DNA of 64,000 bases from Sedimentisphaerales bacterium (GTDB lineage Bacteria > Planctomycetota > Phycisphaerae > Sedimentisphaerales > SM23-30), in contig CAXXMR010000009.1 in the NCBI GenBank assembly GCA_963663805.2, forward strand, positions 96,001-160,000, given 5' to 3'. The notes beneath the pieces were generated by a model, which was given only the letters and a program-made list of their open reading frames with translations, was not told where the DNA came from and ran no database searches. Below, piece by piece: positions 42,225-52,665 of this stretch. The first letter of the stretch is position 1. Each line of letters begins with the position of its first letter. The translations under genes were made by a program, and so were the position numbers.

Positions 42225-42751
42225 ATACTGAGCCGGAAATTGAAGTGCTGATTTCTGAAAATGAGATTGGTCGGCATGTGGGCGAAATTGCGGCGCGAGT
42301 GGACGCAGCCTATGCGGGCAGTGCGGATGTGGTGGGGCTGGTGCTGCTGGAAGGGGCCCGGCCTTTCGCTCATGATTTGGCGGCAGCGATGCAGGTTCCG
42401 CTGGAATTGCAGATGTTGAAAGTTAGCAGTTACGAAGGGACCAGCTCGACAGGGTGCGTGGAGATTCTGGGGGAGATTAGCGATTCGATTCGGGGGCGGG
42501 ATGTGTTGGTTATCGATGATATTTATGATACGGGGCGGACGCTGGCCAAGCTGCTGGAAGCGGTGGGTGAGTTTGGGCCGCGTTCGGTGCGGACTTGTGT
42601 GCTGCTGGAGAAGCGGCATGAGCATCAGGTGCCGGTTACGCTGGATTTTGTGGGGCCGCTGGTGCCGAATGTTTTTGTGGTGGGGTATGGGCTGGATTAT
42701 GAGCAGGATTATCGGGAATTGCCGTATGTGGGGAAGTTGAATGTTATCTAA
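42218..42751 (+). CDS. hpt: Hypoxanthine phosphoribosyltransferase
   Basis: VSSY, VLVIDDIYDTGRTL, FVVGYGLDY...YRELP. Confidence 0.95.
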   Translation: MLNTEPEIEVLISENEIGRHVGEIAARVDAAYAGSADVVGLVLLEGARPFAHDLAAAMQVPLELQMLKVSSYEGTSSTGCVEILGEISDSIRGRDVLVIDDIYDTGRTLAKLLEAVGEFGPRSVRTCVLLEKRHEHQVPVTLDFVGPLVPNVFVVGYGLDYEQDYRELPYVGKLNVI

Positions 42752-42753
42752 GG

Positions 42754-43713
42754 TTGACTGAAGTTGTGGTCGATGATAAAGTTAGAACTATGCAGACACC
42801 ATTAAACATAAAGATTCGGGCGGGGTTGGCGCTGGCGGCGGCTGGCGTGGTATTTGGTACTATTGGTTGGTCCCAGGCTCGGCCGGAGATGCCTAACGGC
42901 GTGCTTATGCTGGTTTCGCATAGTCACGCGATAACGCTGGTGCTGACGTTAATTGTTTTAGGGGCGTTAGTTACGGCGGCAGGGGCGCTGCTGGGCGGTC
43001 GTTATGGTCGGGAGATTTCCTGGATATCGTTGCCGGCGGGACTGGCTTTGTGGTCGCTGCACAGTACGAATATGACGAGTTTATTGCAGCAGTACAGTGA
43101 TTCGGCGGAGCGGGCGGCGATGTTTCGGGGGCTGCTGTTTGATGCTCTGGCGTGGTCGGCTATTCTGGCAGTAGTGGGGCTGGCGATAATAAAATTTAAA
43201 AAGACGGATATTTCTCCTGCTGGTGAAGCTGAGGCAAAGCATAAAAATCAGATGCTGCTGCCGATAGCGGCGACTTCGGTGCTGGCTTATATCCTGCTGC
43301 GGATACTTATGAAGGCGGGCCCCACGCGGATGTTTGACGATGTCGGTGGGCTGGTCAATGTAACTTCGCCGGTGGCTTCGGGTCAGGCGATTTTTGGTAC
43401 GGCGGTGGCTTTTGGGGTAGCGACCTATCTGGTGCATCAGATTTTCAAGTCTACGGCGGTATGGTATCACCTGTTGTCGCTGCCGATAGTCGCTTGTGCG
43501 ATTTATCTGCCGGCGGCTCGAGTGTCTGTTCATTCGGGTCTTGATAAGTTTCATGTTCCGCTGGTGCCCGAAGGTCTGGCGGTGGCGACAGTGTTACCCA
43601 TTCAGCTTATCGGGATGGGGTCGCTGGCAGTCCTGGCAGGCTACTGGTACAGTATGCGGGCACACCGTGAACGTCGTGAGCAATTCGCGGCGTTGATAGC
43701 CGAAGCTGAATAA
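42754..43713 (+). CDS. Hypothetical polytopic membrane protein
   Basis: About 8 hydrophobic segments; no recognised motif. Confidence 0.7.
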   Translation: MTEVVVDDKVRTMQTPLNIKIRAGLALAAAGVVFGTIGWSQARPEMPNGVLMLVSHSHAITLVLTLIVLGALVTAAGALLGGRYGREISWISLPAGLALWSLHSTNMTSLLQQYSDSAERAAMFRGLLFDALAWSAILAVVGLAIIKFKKTDISPAGEAEAKHKNQMLLPIAATSVLAYILLRILMKAGPTRMFDDVGGLVNVTSPVASGQAIFGTAVAFGVATYLVHQIFKSTAVWYHLLSLPIVACAIYLPAARVSVHSGLDKFHVPLVPEGLAVATVLPIQLIGMGSLAVLAGYWYSMRAHRERREQFAALIAEAE

Positions 43714-43811
43714 GCGGGAGAACCTCCCGACAGGTCAGCGGGCGGATTGGGGTGGTCAGTCCATTTTTTTGTCAGTTTTTTTCCTGGTTGGGGTGACTTT
43801 TCTTGAATATG

Positions 43812-43820
43812 TGTTATAAT
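43812..43820 (+). promoter_or_regulatory. Candidate extended -10 promoter
   Basis: TGTTATAAT with GTGACT 16 bp upstream of the hexamer; GGGAG RBS follows. Confidence 0.45.
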
Positions 43821-43864
43821 TAACACATACGGCTTATCGGACCTTCGTAATCAGGGAGACATGG

Positions 43865-44083
43865 ATGTTATCCAGAGAAATGGTCCTTAATCGTGCGATT
43901 GCAATGGGGATCGAAACCGGTGAGATGCCGGAGGTCAAGTTTATCTGGTCAGTTCAGGAGTCCGAGCGAATGAAGCCCTGTTTTGGCCGGGAAGAGCAGT
44001 GTGATGATACTGGTTGCCGCTGGCGTGTACACTGTCGAGCATTGCAGATGTTCGGTTCGACCAGAATGACCAGAACAGTTTGA
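43865..44083 (+). CDS. Small SAP/Rho-N-like protein with four-Cys tail
   Basis: RAIAMGI...FIWSVQ..E...CF.....C....C.W...C pattern; RBS present. Confidence 0.7.
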   Translation: MLSREMVLNRAIAMGIETGEMPEVKFIWSVQESERMKPCFGREEQCDDTGCRWRVHCRALQMFGSTRMTRTV

Positions 44084-44190
44084 CAAGCCACCGTTGACTC
44101 GACCAATGACCCGGCAGGGCTGATCGAGCGAATCTATAACGCAGGTCCTTCTGATCCAATGGGCTTGGACGAGTACAACGTTCGCTCTTA

Positions 44191-44229
44191 TCTGCCGGAA
44201 GGCGATTAAAGCAGTCCGGCAGACTTTTT
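44191..44229 (+). terminator. Rho-independent terminator
   Basis: TCTGCCGGA/TCCGGCAGA stem followed by CTTTTT. Confidence 0.65.
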
Positions 44230-44265
44230 ATGCGCGGCAGATTCCAATGAGGTAACTCATTTTGC

Positions 44266-45234
44266 TCAGGCGTTGGTAGTGTCCGGCTGGGCTACCCAAT
44301 CGTAAGCGATGTACTGGTGGTCGAAAGTGCCGTCGGTGTAGAGGTCGAAGACCCCGTAGCCTTCGTCGCATTCCATGTGGTTGCCTTTCCACCAGGCGCC
44401 ACAGACGGCTCCGTCGCAGATGTAGGTTGTGCCGCAGTATTCGTTGCGGTCAACGAGGTGGAGATGGCCGCTGACGCAGAGTTTGACCTTGCCGTGGGCC
44501 AGGAACATGTCTTTGAGTTTGCGGGCGTCCAGGTGCATCCATTCTTTGGGCAGGGACCAGTTGCCCTTCTTTTCGTTTTCGCCGTCGAGATAGGCTGCAA
44601 CCGAAAGGATGGGAATGTGGGAAACGATGGCGATGAATTTATCTTTGTTAGTATTCAGTTCGTTTTCGAGCCAGGCCATTTGTTCATCGTCCAGTTTAGC
44701 CTGATAGTTGCTCGATGCTTCGTGGGTGCTGTCCAGGATGATAATACGCCAGGGTTTGACGTCGAAAGCGTAATAGCGGCCAGGCATTTTGAACTCGGTG
44801 ACAGGGCGGTTTTTGCCCCAGTTTGGTTCGCTGCCGGTGGTTTTACTGTGTTCTTTGTTCCAGCCCCAGGCATCGTGGTTGCCGATGCAGTATTTAACGG
44901 GGATTTTACAGTTCTGGGCAATGGTTTCCTTGACGAGATTAAATTGTATGGAGGTCCAGTTGTCATCTGCGGCGAAGGAGTCCATCACGTGGTCGCCGCC
45001 GGTGATGAGCAGCTCAGGTTTATCGGGCAGGGCCTGCATGTGGTTAAGGGCCTGGGCGAATCCCTGGGGGGCTGAGCGTTTGGGTTCGAGGTGAAGGTCG
45101 GTGAAGTGGGCGAAACGCAGGGTACGCTTTGCGGGTTTGGAGGATTTGCTTGGTTTGAGTGAGGCGTTAGAATCGGAAGTAACCATCGCGCCGGCTGCGG
45201 CAGCCGAAGCCAACAGAAAATCTCTGCGTTTCAT
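44266..45234 (-). CDS. Tat-exported calcineurin-like metallophosphoesterase
   Basis: MKRRDFL Tat motif; DLH, GGD, GNHD, SHIP, GHLH. Confidence 0.92.
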   Translation of the reverse strand: MKRRDFLLASAAAAGAMVTSDSNASLKPSKSSKPAKRTLRFAHFTDLHLEPKRSAPQGFAQALNHMQALPDKPELLITGGDHVMDSFAADDNWTSIQFNLVKETIAQNCKIPVKYCIGNHDAWGWNKEHSKTTGSEPNWGKNRPVTEFKMPGRYYAFDVKPWRIIILDSTHEASSNYQAKLDDEQMAWLENELNTNKDKFIAIVSHIPILSVAAYLDGENEKKGNWSLPKEWMHLDARKLKDMFLAHGKVKLCVSGHLHLVDRNEYCGTTYICDGAVCGAWWKGNHMECDEGYGVFDLYTDGTFDHQYIAYDWVAQPDTTNA

Positions 45235-45310
45235 AATATCACCGTTCAATAGGGGGTTATGTTAGCAAATACCACGTTTCAGAATAAGCTAACAGGCCCC
45301 GCGAATGCTG

Positions 45311-46703
45311 TCAACGGGATTCTGTGTAGATGTTTTCAAAATTGATGTGGCCCCACGGACCGGCGGCATTGTCAACTACTTTTATTTTGAGTAGTTTACC
45401 GCGGAGTTCTTTGGTGTCTAGAAGTATGGTTTGGAACTGGTTGGAGTTTGAACCGGTAAATCTCTGATATTCAACACCGGTTTCGGTATCCGTTATGGCG
45501 ACATAGGCTTTATCGAGCTTTTCGCCGCCGGAGATACGCAGCAGGGCCCGGTCGGTATCGAAGGTGAAGGCGGGACTTTCGATAGTGCCGGTGAGTTCGT
45601 CGTCGAATTCCTTGATGCCGGTTTCAGCGGTGGCGATGAAATATTCGGTCTGAGCGTTTGAAGGCGGTACGTACCGAGTTAATGAAGGTGTGGGCGAGGT
45701 CGCCGGTTTTTTGCCATTGGTCGCGGTGGGCAGGGTTGGTTATGTCGAAGACGGGGGTGTTGAAGTTTTTGAAGTCGAGGCGGGCAACTCTTACGCCGTC
45801 GAGGTTGGGGTTCAGGGCGACCATGTAATACTGGCTACCTTCTTTGACGATTTCGGGGGCACAGAGGTTCATTTTGGTGATGTAATACTGGTCATTGTCG
45901 ATGCCGAAATTGAAGGGGTTTTCGGAGCAGTAAACAGAGGTTTGGGCCCCGGGTCCGTAAAACTGGGTGCGGAAAAGTACGTAGAGGCCGGGGAAGGGTT
46001 CCACGACGTGGGGACATTCGCAGGAGTAGGGGTTGTTGCCGGCTTTGCCGCCATAAGCGACGATGAAGGAGTCGGACCAGTTCAGCAGGTCGTTTGAGGT
46101 GCGGCAGTATAAATAACCCTTGCCGCCGGGAAAGGCGGTGTAGTAATTCAGCCATTGGCCTTTGGTGTTGAGCATCATGGCGTCGCGGGTGTTGACCAGC
46201 GGACCTTCGGTGAACAGGTATTGGGAGTTATTGTGCCAGCGGTAGCGGGTGAAATTTTTACCGTCTGGGCTGGTGGCCATGGAGATGTAGTCCCAGTCGC
46301 CATAGGCCATCCAGTATTTGTCTTGGTATTTGACAACGTGGGGGGCCTGCAGGCCGTGCAGCGGTTCGTGGTGCTCGGCTGATGAGGTCATGGTGATACC
46401 AAGGGGTTGCCAGTCGGTGTCGGTGATGGATTTACCTTCCCAGCCGTGAAAGAGGCGGGTATGACCCTGGGCATTAATAAAACGGATGCAGGACCAGAGC
46501 TGCCACGTGCCGTCTTGAGCTTGCCAGATGCCGAAATCGACCGGCTGCTGTTTAGGGCTGTTGTATTCGCCCAGGTCAGGATTGCCAGCGACCTGCCAGA
46601 ATCCGCCGTCGATGATGGGCACGACAAAATTCGCGGCGTTGATAAAGTCGCTGGTTAGGAAAAAAACTATTAAGGTCGGTAAGATGATTTTTGTGAATTT
46701 CAT
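45311..46703 (-). CDS. Secreted five-bladed beta-propeller glycosidase (GH32/GH43-like) with C-terminal beta-sandwich; frameshift near 45658
   Basis: QAPHV, RDAM, CECPHVV, CAPEI; alternate frame continues TGTIESPAF...VVDNAAGPWGHINF to TGA at 45311. Confidence 0.75.
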
Positions 46704-46727
46704 TTTTTGTCCTTTTGAGGGCATATT

Positions 46728-47903
46728 TTATTTGGGGAATTTGTAGAATTGGCCGTTGGGGTTTTGGGTGTGTTTGTAGAGCTGAGCGAGGAACCGGCAG
46801 AGGTTTGGGAAGGTGCACATCGGCTGGAGCGAGTGGTCGAGGTTGGGGAAGTAGCGACCACGCTTTAGTAAGGCTGGAACTTTAGCCGATATTTCCGGTT
46901 CGATGAGATGTTCATTGTTTTCGTTGATGGTTTCTTTCTCGAGGCCGCCGATGAAGATAAAATCAGGATATTTTTGAGCGAGGTTTACGAAGTCAAGGTT
47001 GGCTTTTGCTTCAACGGGGTAGAGTGCGTTGGCACCATGTTTGATGAGCAGCGGGATGAGCTGGTCGATATCGCCGTCGGTATCAACTATGAACATTTCG
47101 GTATTGCATTGGTCGGCCAGGTCGGCGATTTCGTCGTAGGCCGGGCAGCAGAATTCTTCAAAATGCCTGGGGCTTATCAACATGCCGTGGTTGTAGCAGC
47201 AATCTTCGTTTATCTGGATAATTTCGGGCTTGAGGCGGCGAATCAGGGGGAAAAGATATTTCCTGCGCAGGTCAGATTGCCAGTTGATAATCTCCGCGGC
47301 GAGTTCGGGGACGTCGTAGAGCAGGGTGGAGGCCAGTTCAGTGCCGGCAATGTCGCGCAGGAGCCCCCAGGTCGACAGTACGCCAATAAAAAGGGGATAC
47401 TCACGCTGGTCATAGGGTTCACAGGCCCGGTCGATTTGCTCAGTGGTCCAGGGCTCGCCGGGCGTGTTGAGTTTTTTGTATTTAAGCCATGATTCGCGGT
47501 CGCGGACGTGATAGGCCAGAAATTCAGGCATGGAATAGGCGTTTTCGTTGTCGAGTACCTGACGGGTTTTAGCGCCTGTTTCGTATTCGACGATTTCGTA
47601 CTGGTCCTGACGAGTGGTTTTTTGCTGGATGCCGCAGGCGGCCTCAGCTGGAAAAAAGTCGATGGTCAGAGGCGTGAGGGTGCCCCAAAACTCATTCCAT
47701 GACCGCCCAGCCTGGGCCGCCCAGCCGGTTTCGTAGTCCCAGCCTTTTACATGAGCGGGCATGCCTGTAGCGACCAGCCGTTGATAAATCTGCCCCCACG
47801 CCCCGCCAAACGACAGACCTGACGCACCGGGCAGACCGATGGTGGGCACGTAGTCAACGGGCTGATTGCGGCAAACTGCTTTGAAACGTTCGAGATGATT
47901 CAT
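46728..47903 (-). CDS. Uroporphyrinogen decarboxylase / MtaA-CmuA-like family protein
   Basis: EDCCYNHGMLISP..F, VDTDGD, PVE, GGLEK, YFPNLDHS. Confidence 0.85.
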   Translation of the reverse strand: MNHLERFKAVCRNQPVDYVPTIGLPGASGLSFGGAWGQIYQRLVATGMPAHVKGWDYETGWAAQAGRSWNEFWGTLTPLTIDFFPAEAACGIQQKTTRQDQYEIVEYETGAKTRQVLDNENAYSMPEFLAYHVRDRESWLKYKKLNTPGEPWTTEQIDRACEPYDQREYPLFIGVLSTWGLLRDIAGTELASTLLYDVPELAAEIINWQSDLRRKYLFPLIRRLKPEIIQINEDCCYNHGMLISPRHFEEFCCPAYDEIADLADQCNTEMFIVDTDGDIDQLIPLLIKHGANALYPVEAKANLDFVNLAQKYPDFIFIGGLEKETINENNEHLIEPEISAKVPALLKRGRYFPNLDHSLQPMCTFPNLCRFLAQLYKHTQNPNGQFYKFPK

Positions 47904-47915
47904 TTTTGCTTTACG

Positions 47916-50523
47916 CTATTCGCTGAGCGTTTCCATCAAGCCCACTTCCATCGCCTGTATAGCCGCGCCGTTTTCATTTTGGCCTATGACATAAACTTCA
48001 ATCATGCCGTTCTGAGGCTTGACGTTTTTAATGATTTTATCCACGGCGAGATAGGTTCCGCCGGCGGCCTGAGCGATGTTCATATCGCTGACGACTTCTT
48101 CTTCGTTGATTTTTATATCGACGGTGTGGGTTATCGGTTTGCCGTCTTTATCACGTTCAAGGAACGGATGAAGCGGGGTGTCAGCGAATTTCATCTTGAC
48201 GTAGTAAGTGCCGGCCCCGACGGTGATATTAGCCCAGAGTTCAGGTGCGTGTACGCCGTAGCGGTAGATTTCCTCGTCGGGCGTATTGCCGATATACATA
48301 CTGCGGCGATTGGTCCACCACGCTTCCTTAACAACGTCGCGACCGTAGCCGGAACGGGTTACCCATTCGGTGGCGGGCCGCCAGGCGTTACCGTTGCTGT
48401 CGATGTAATCTTCGCGAAGAGGATATCCGAAAATCATCCGCTGGGTATCGGTCGGAGCTGACCCTTCATCGAAAAATGCGGCAAGCTTCGGCAGCAGAGA
48501 ACTGGACGGAGTCGATATAAATTTCTTTGCCTTTGGTGGTGGGGTTGCCCTGCCCGCGAGCTACGATTTTGAGGGTATGTTCGGCCTGTTTCAGACCGCT
48601 GTGGTAGTAGAGCAACTGCTGGGCCCGTTCAACCGGGTTCCAGCATTCGAGGGTCGTGAGCTGTTTTTCGCCATCGAGGTAAACATCAGCCTGCCCACCG
48701 CTGGGACCAGCAAGACCTAGCACGCGTACTTGATTACCGGTGAAGGTGAACGTGAACGAGTCGCCTTTTTGGGCGGTATGATGCTGGGTCTGATTGAAGG
48801 CCTCGGCAGGTGAGGTCTGTTGCCATTTACCATTAAATTCAAGTTGAGTGTCGTCGATTTGTTGTTGCGGGTCGGTGGTGCCGGCGATGGTAATCTCCGT
48901 CAGGTTGTCATGACGGATAGTAAGAGTATAATCGCCGTCGGTTAGTTCTTTGAGCAGATAGCCGTTGACCTTCAGATTGTCGCGGCGGGGAAGTTTTTGG
49001 CCGTTGGCGGTGATTTCCGTGGGCTCAAACGCCAGTCGGATAACTTCCTGGGCGGGGGACGGGGCATCAAAGGTAGTATAGGTTATACGGTTGGCCTGAT
49101 AGACGACGGATTTGACGACAGAAGTGGAACGCAGGATGTGATTTTCGCGTTTGGGCCCGAAAAGCTCAGGGGTCCAGGCCAGTGCTTCCATCACCTGACA
49201 TAAGGGCCAGGGGTGAGCGAGATTGGACCATTCGCCGGTAGCAACCGCATCGCCGTAAAGACCGTCCTTAACGACACCGTTTTCAGCCGAGTCATAGGTC
49301 GCCATTATCATCATGCGTCGACCGATTTCACGGATGCGATGGTCGTCGGCAAGATATCCGAAACGCAGCAGGGTCGGTGCCGCGGTATATTGGTTGTAAG
49401 AAAGCGACGTACCGCAGCAGGTGGCGGATTCTGGAAAGGCCCAGGCCCCGCTAAAGGCATTGCCCGCGGAGTTCTGGTCGGCTCCGTTGCGGTTCAGGAT
49501 GAGAGTCAATATATTACGCAGGTCGGTTTCCCAGCCGGGGAAGGCCTGGGGGTTTTTCATGATATAATCGCCGCACATGGATACGATACCGCAAATGATG
49601 GGGTTGTCCCAGTCCCAGTAATTGCGGGCCCAGGTATCGTTTTCGAGCCATTCATTTTCGATGAGTTGCCGGACATAGCGCCTGCCTGCGTCGCGGGCCT
49701 TGATAAGGGCACGGTCGTCGCCGGTATAGCCCAGGTTGATAAGATCGTCGAGAAATTCCAGTATCAGCGTCGTTGAACCGGTCAGTTCGTCGGACCAGCC
49801 CACCACAGACGGGTCGGTATAGCGGTTCCACGGGGGCAGGTCGGGCGACAGGTTGCATTTTTCAGCGAAGACATCACCCCAATGAGCGGCGGCTGCGAAA
49901 TATTCTTCGTTGCCGGTGAGTTTGTAGGCTCGGAGTATTTCAGTGCCGACAATCGCACAAAGGTCAAGCTGGTTACGACCTGCCGGGTCACATTTGCCAT
50001 AGGCCTTCCCGCGCGTGGGTGTCGCGATAGGAAAGTTGGGCCAGGGATTGTCAGGACCCGTTTGGCCGTACTGGAGGATATAGTCAGCGGTCAGGGGAAT
50101 ATACAGGAAGGCTATTGGGTCGCCGCTATAAGCGTAGTAGGCGGTCAGGCCTTTGATGATGGACCAAGCCCGCTGGCTGAGATCGCCGCACATCCAGTCG
50201 TTGGTGGGGGGGATGAGGATCGTCCCGTCATCTTTGATAGACCAGTGTGAATTATAGACAAAGTCGGGGGCTGCCATGACCGCTTTTTGGGTATCGACCC
50301 AGGGATAGCGTTTCATAACTTCAACTGCGATACGCAGGCGGGTGTCCAGCGGACCATTTTGGCCGGGGTGCCAGGGGGCTATCACGCCGTACGGGTCTTC
50401 GACTGTCCGGTGGGCGTAGTATCGCTCAAGACTGACCGCCGCTGCTGACCGGCTGGTATAAAAAGGCAGGCAAAAAATTATGGTGAAGATGGTAAGGATG
50501 GCTTTTTTGAAATGTTTTTTCAT
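47916..50523 (-). CDS. Large secreted putative glycosidase: helical domain + CBM-like module + malectin-like domain; frameshift near 48484
   Basis: Signal peptide; Trp/Tyr-rich helical region; FTFTG..V...G.ADVYLDG module; DEEIYRYG...GTYYVKMKFAD malectin-like tail; ORFs join via AAFFDEGSAPTDTQRMIFG. Confidence 0.65.
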
Positions 50524-50711
50524 TTGTCTGTCCTTCTATAATGGCATGTCGTAAACCTGTTTCCGCCGGCCACCTGCCTGGCAACATGCTGACTCCCGAA
50601 CAGGCAGGGATACAGCGCGGGGCTAAGCAACCCTGTCTCAATATAAATGTTTTTACAGTATTCCCCTGCTTTTGTGAAGTACTAAAAAGCTAAGGACGAA
50701 GTCGGCTTATT

Positions 50712-51557
50712 TTAGTATACTAAACCTTCGCTGTCGAAGTCCCACAGCGGATGCGGGCGACGCAGCGAAACATTGAAACCGGCAACGGGATTGTCCAGGT
50801 CGTAGACTTCTTCCTTGGGCAGGTATCCGGCATGGCCATCAAAATACGCAATGTTACAGCCCTCGTTATGTCGATAGGATACCTGGGAACCATTGTTTAC
50901 GGAAGAACTCTTTTCGCTGGCCCATCTGTCACCGAAGACATCCCAGTAGACCAGATAGTTGGCTCTTTCGTAGCGAGTAAGGTAGTTGTTGCTTTCGATG
51001 AACATGGCAACATCGGCACCTCTTTTTACCTGGCCCTGGAGAATGCCGCGGTATTTTTTGTCGTTAGGCCACCAGCCAGCCGAACGCCATTTTTCGGTGT
51101 TCATCGCGTAGCTCATCATTACACGCCAGCCCAGGGTGCTGGCTGAGAACGCCATATAGCCTTCTTCACTTTTGATGTCGTGAGAAGGGCAGCGAAGCTC
51201 TCTGGGAAAAATGAACGGGTCTTCCCAGTTGCTGTTTTTAATTTCCGCTCTTTCAGCCAGAGAAAGAATTTCGCGGAATTCCATGTTTTCCGGCCAACGC
51301 TCATCCCAGTAAGGATTACCGCCCAGCCGTTCGGCATCGCTGCTGCCTTCCTGAGAATACGGAACAAATCTGCCGTTGTTGGCAGACGCGTAGGTCATGT
51401 TGGAAAGTCCAAACGACTTCAGCAGTGTCAGGCAGACCACTTTCTTGGCTGATTCACGCGCCTGGCCGAGCGCGGGCAGCAATATGCTGACCAGCAATGC
51501 GATGATGGCAACTACTACTAATAGTTCAACCAGGGTAAAAGCTTTTCTGTTCTTCAC
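50712..51557 (-). CDS. Prepilin-type N-terminal / H-X9-DG (DUF1559-like) protein
   Basis: [57 protein letters not shown] before GTG 51557. Confidence 0.93.
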   Translation of the reverse strand: MKNRKAFTLVELLVVVAIIALLVSILLPALGQARESAKKVVCLTLLKSFGLSNMTYASANNGRFVPYSQEGSSDAERLGGNPYWDERWPENMEFREILSLAERAEIKNSNWEDPFIFPRELRCPSHDIKSEEGYMAFSASTLGWRVMMSYAMNTEKWRSAGWWPNDKKYRGILQGQVKRGADVAMFIESNNYLTRYERANYLVYWDVFGDRWASEKSSSVNNGSQVSYRHNEGCNIAYFDGHAGYLPKEEVYDLDNPVAGFNVSLRRPHPLWDFDSEGLVY

Positions 51558-51686
51558 AGCCTGTACTCCTTTATTCAAGCGGTCTGTATATCTTCCAAAA
51601 TCGGGCCCGGGCCGCGGGATTCGTGCCCCGCGACCACAGGCACTTAAACGTCCACTAAATTTACAGCAAAAAGATTCAGCTAAATC

Positions 51687-52562
51687 TTATTTGCGTTTTC
51701 TCAGGAACAAACCGCCCAGCCCCAGCAGGCTAAGGCTCAGAGGTTCCGGTACGGTCGGAGCTGTCGCAGGGGGTGTAAGTTCCATCGTAGATACCCGCTA
51801 CAGCCGCGGCATCAAGGTAGCAGTCGCCCCAGATAGCCACATCGTCCATAGCACCACGGAACCAGTCCTTGTTAGGCCAGGTCTGGCAGGCAAGTTTGAA
51901 TACGGCGTCTTCCCAGCGTCGGACCAGATGTCGTTGATACCCTGATTGGGAATGTTCTTGACGCTGTTCGGTACGAGCGTGCCGTTTAGGTATTTCTTCA
52001 GGTCAGTGCCGTCATAGGTCACAGTCATCAGATACCATTGGCCCGTACTGCCGCCGGCACCAATGTAGGACGTGCCGATGTCGGTCTGGAATGCACCAGT
52101 GCCGTAGGGCCAGAAATAATCATATTCCCAGCCCGAAACGCCCAGTTCAACTTCATAGTTGGGGCACGAAATAACACGTGCGTATCCGCTGCCGCCGCCC
52201 GGAGTGCCCGCTCTGCTGTCCTGTCTCAGCCACATTGACATGCTCCAGCTACCTCCCAGGTTTCTGATTGAATCGCTTTTGGCTACCCAGACACTGTTGT
52301 AATTGTCCGTGCCGCTGCAAAACTGCAAAGCGCCGCCATTGACACCAGCAATCCAGTCCGGTTTGGTTGAACCCGGCAGAGGGTCGCTGTCGTTGCCTGA
52401 TACCGTGTCGGCAACGAGCAGGCCCGTATTGCCATAGGCACTGGAATCGTAGGCATAGTCGCCCGAACCTTCTTCAAATGCCCACCAGGCCTTCAGGTCC
52501 GCGTAGGCGTTGACGCTCAATGCGGCAACCAGTAAAACTACCATCATCTTTTTCATTTCCAT
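51687..52562 (-). CDS. LamG-domain PEP-CTERM protein; two compensating frameshifts (~51915, ~51771)
   Basis: Signal peptide, AWWAFEEGSG, WY..TVTYDG..LKKYLNG; shifted segment WFRGAMDDVAIW; tail VPEPLSLSLLGLGGLFLRKRK stop. Confidence 0.88.
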
Positions 52563-52665
52563 ACTCCTTCAGTAAAACAACATATTTCCCATTTTACTCA
52601 CCGTGAGTAACAATCATCACGAGGCCGGCCACGCACCGGCTCTTTGCACACACACAAACTTACTC

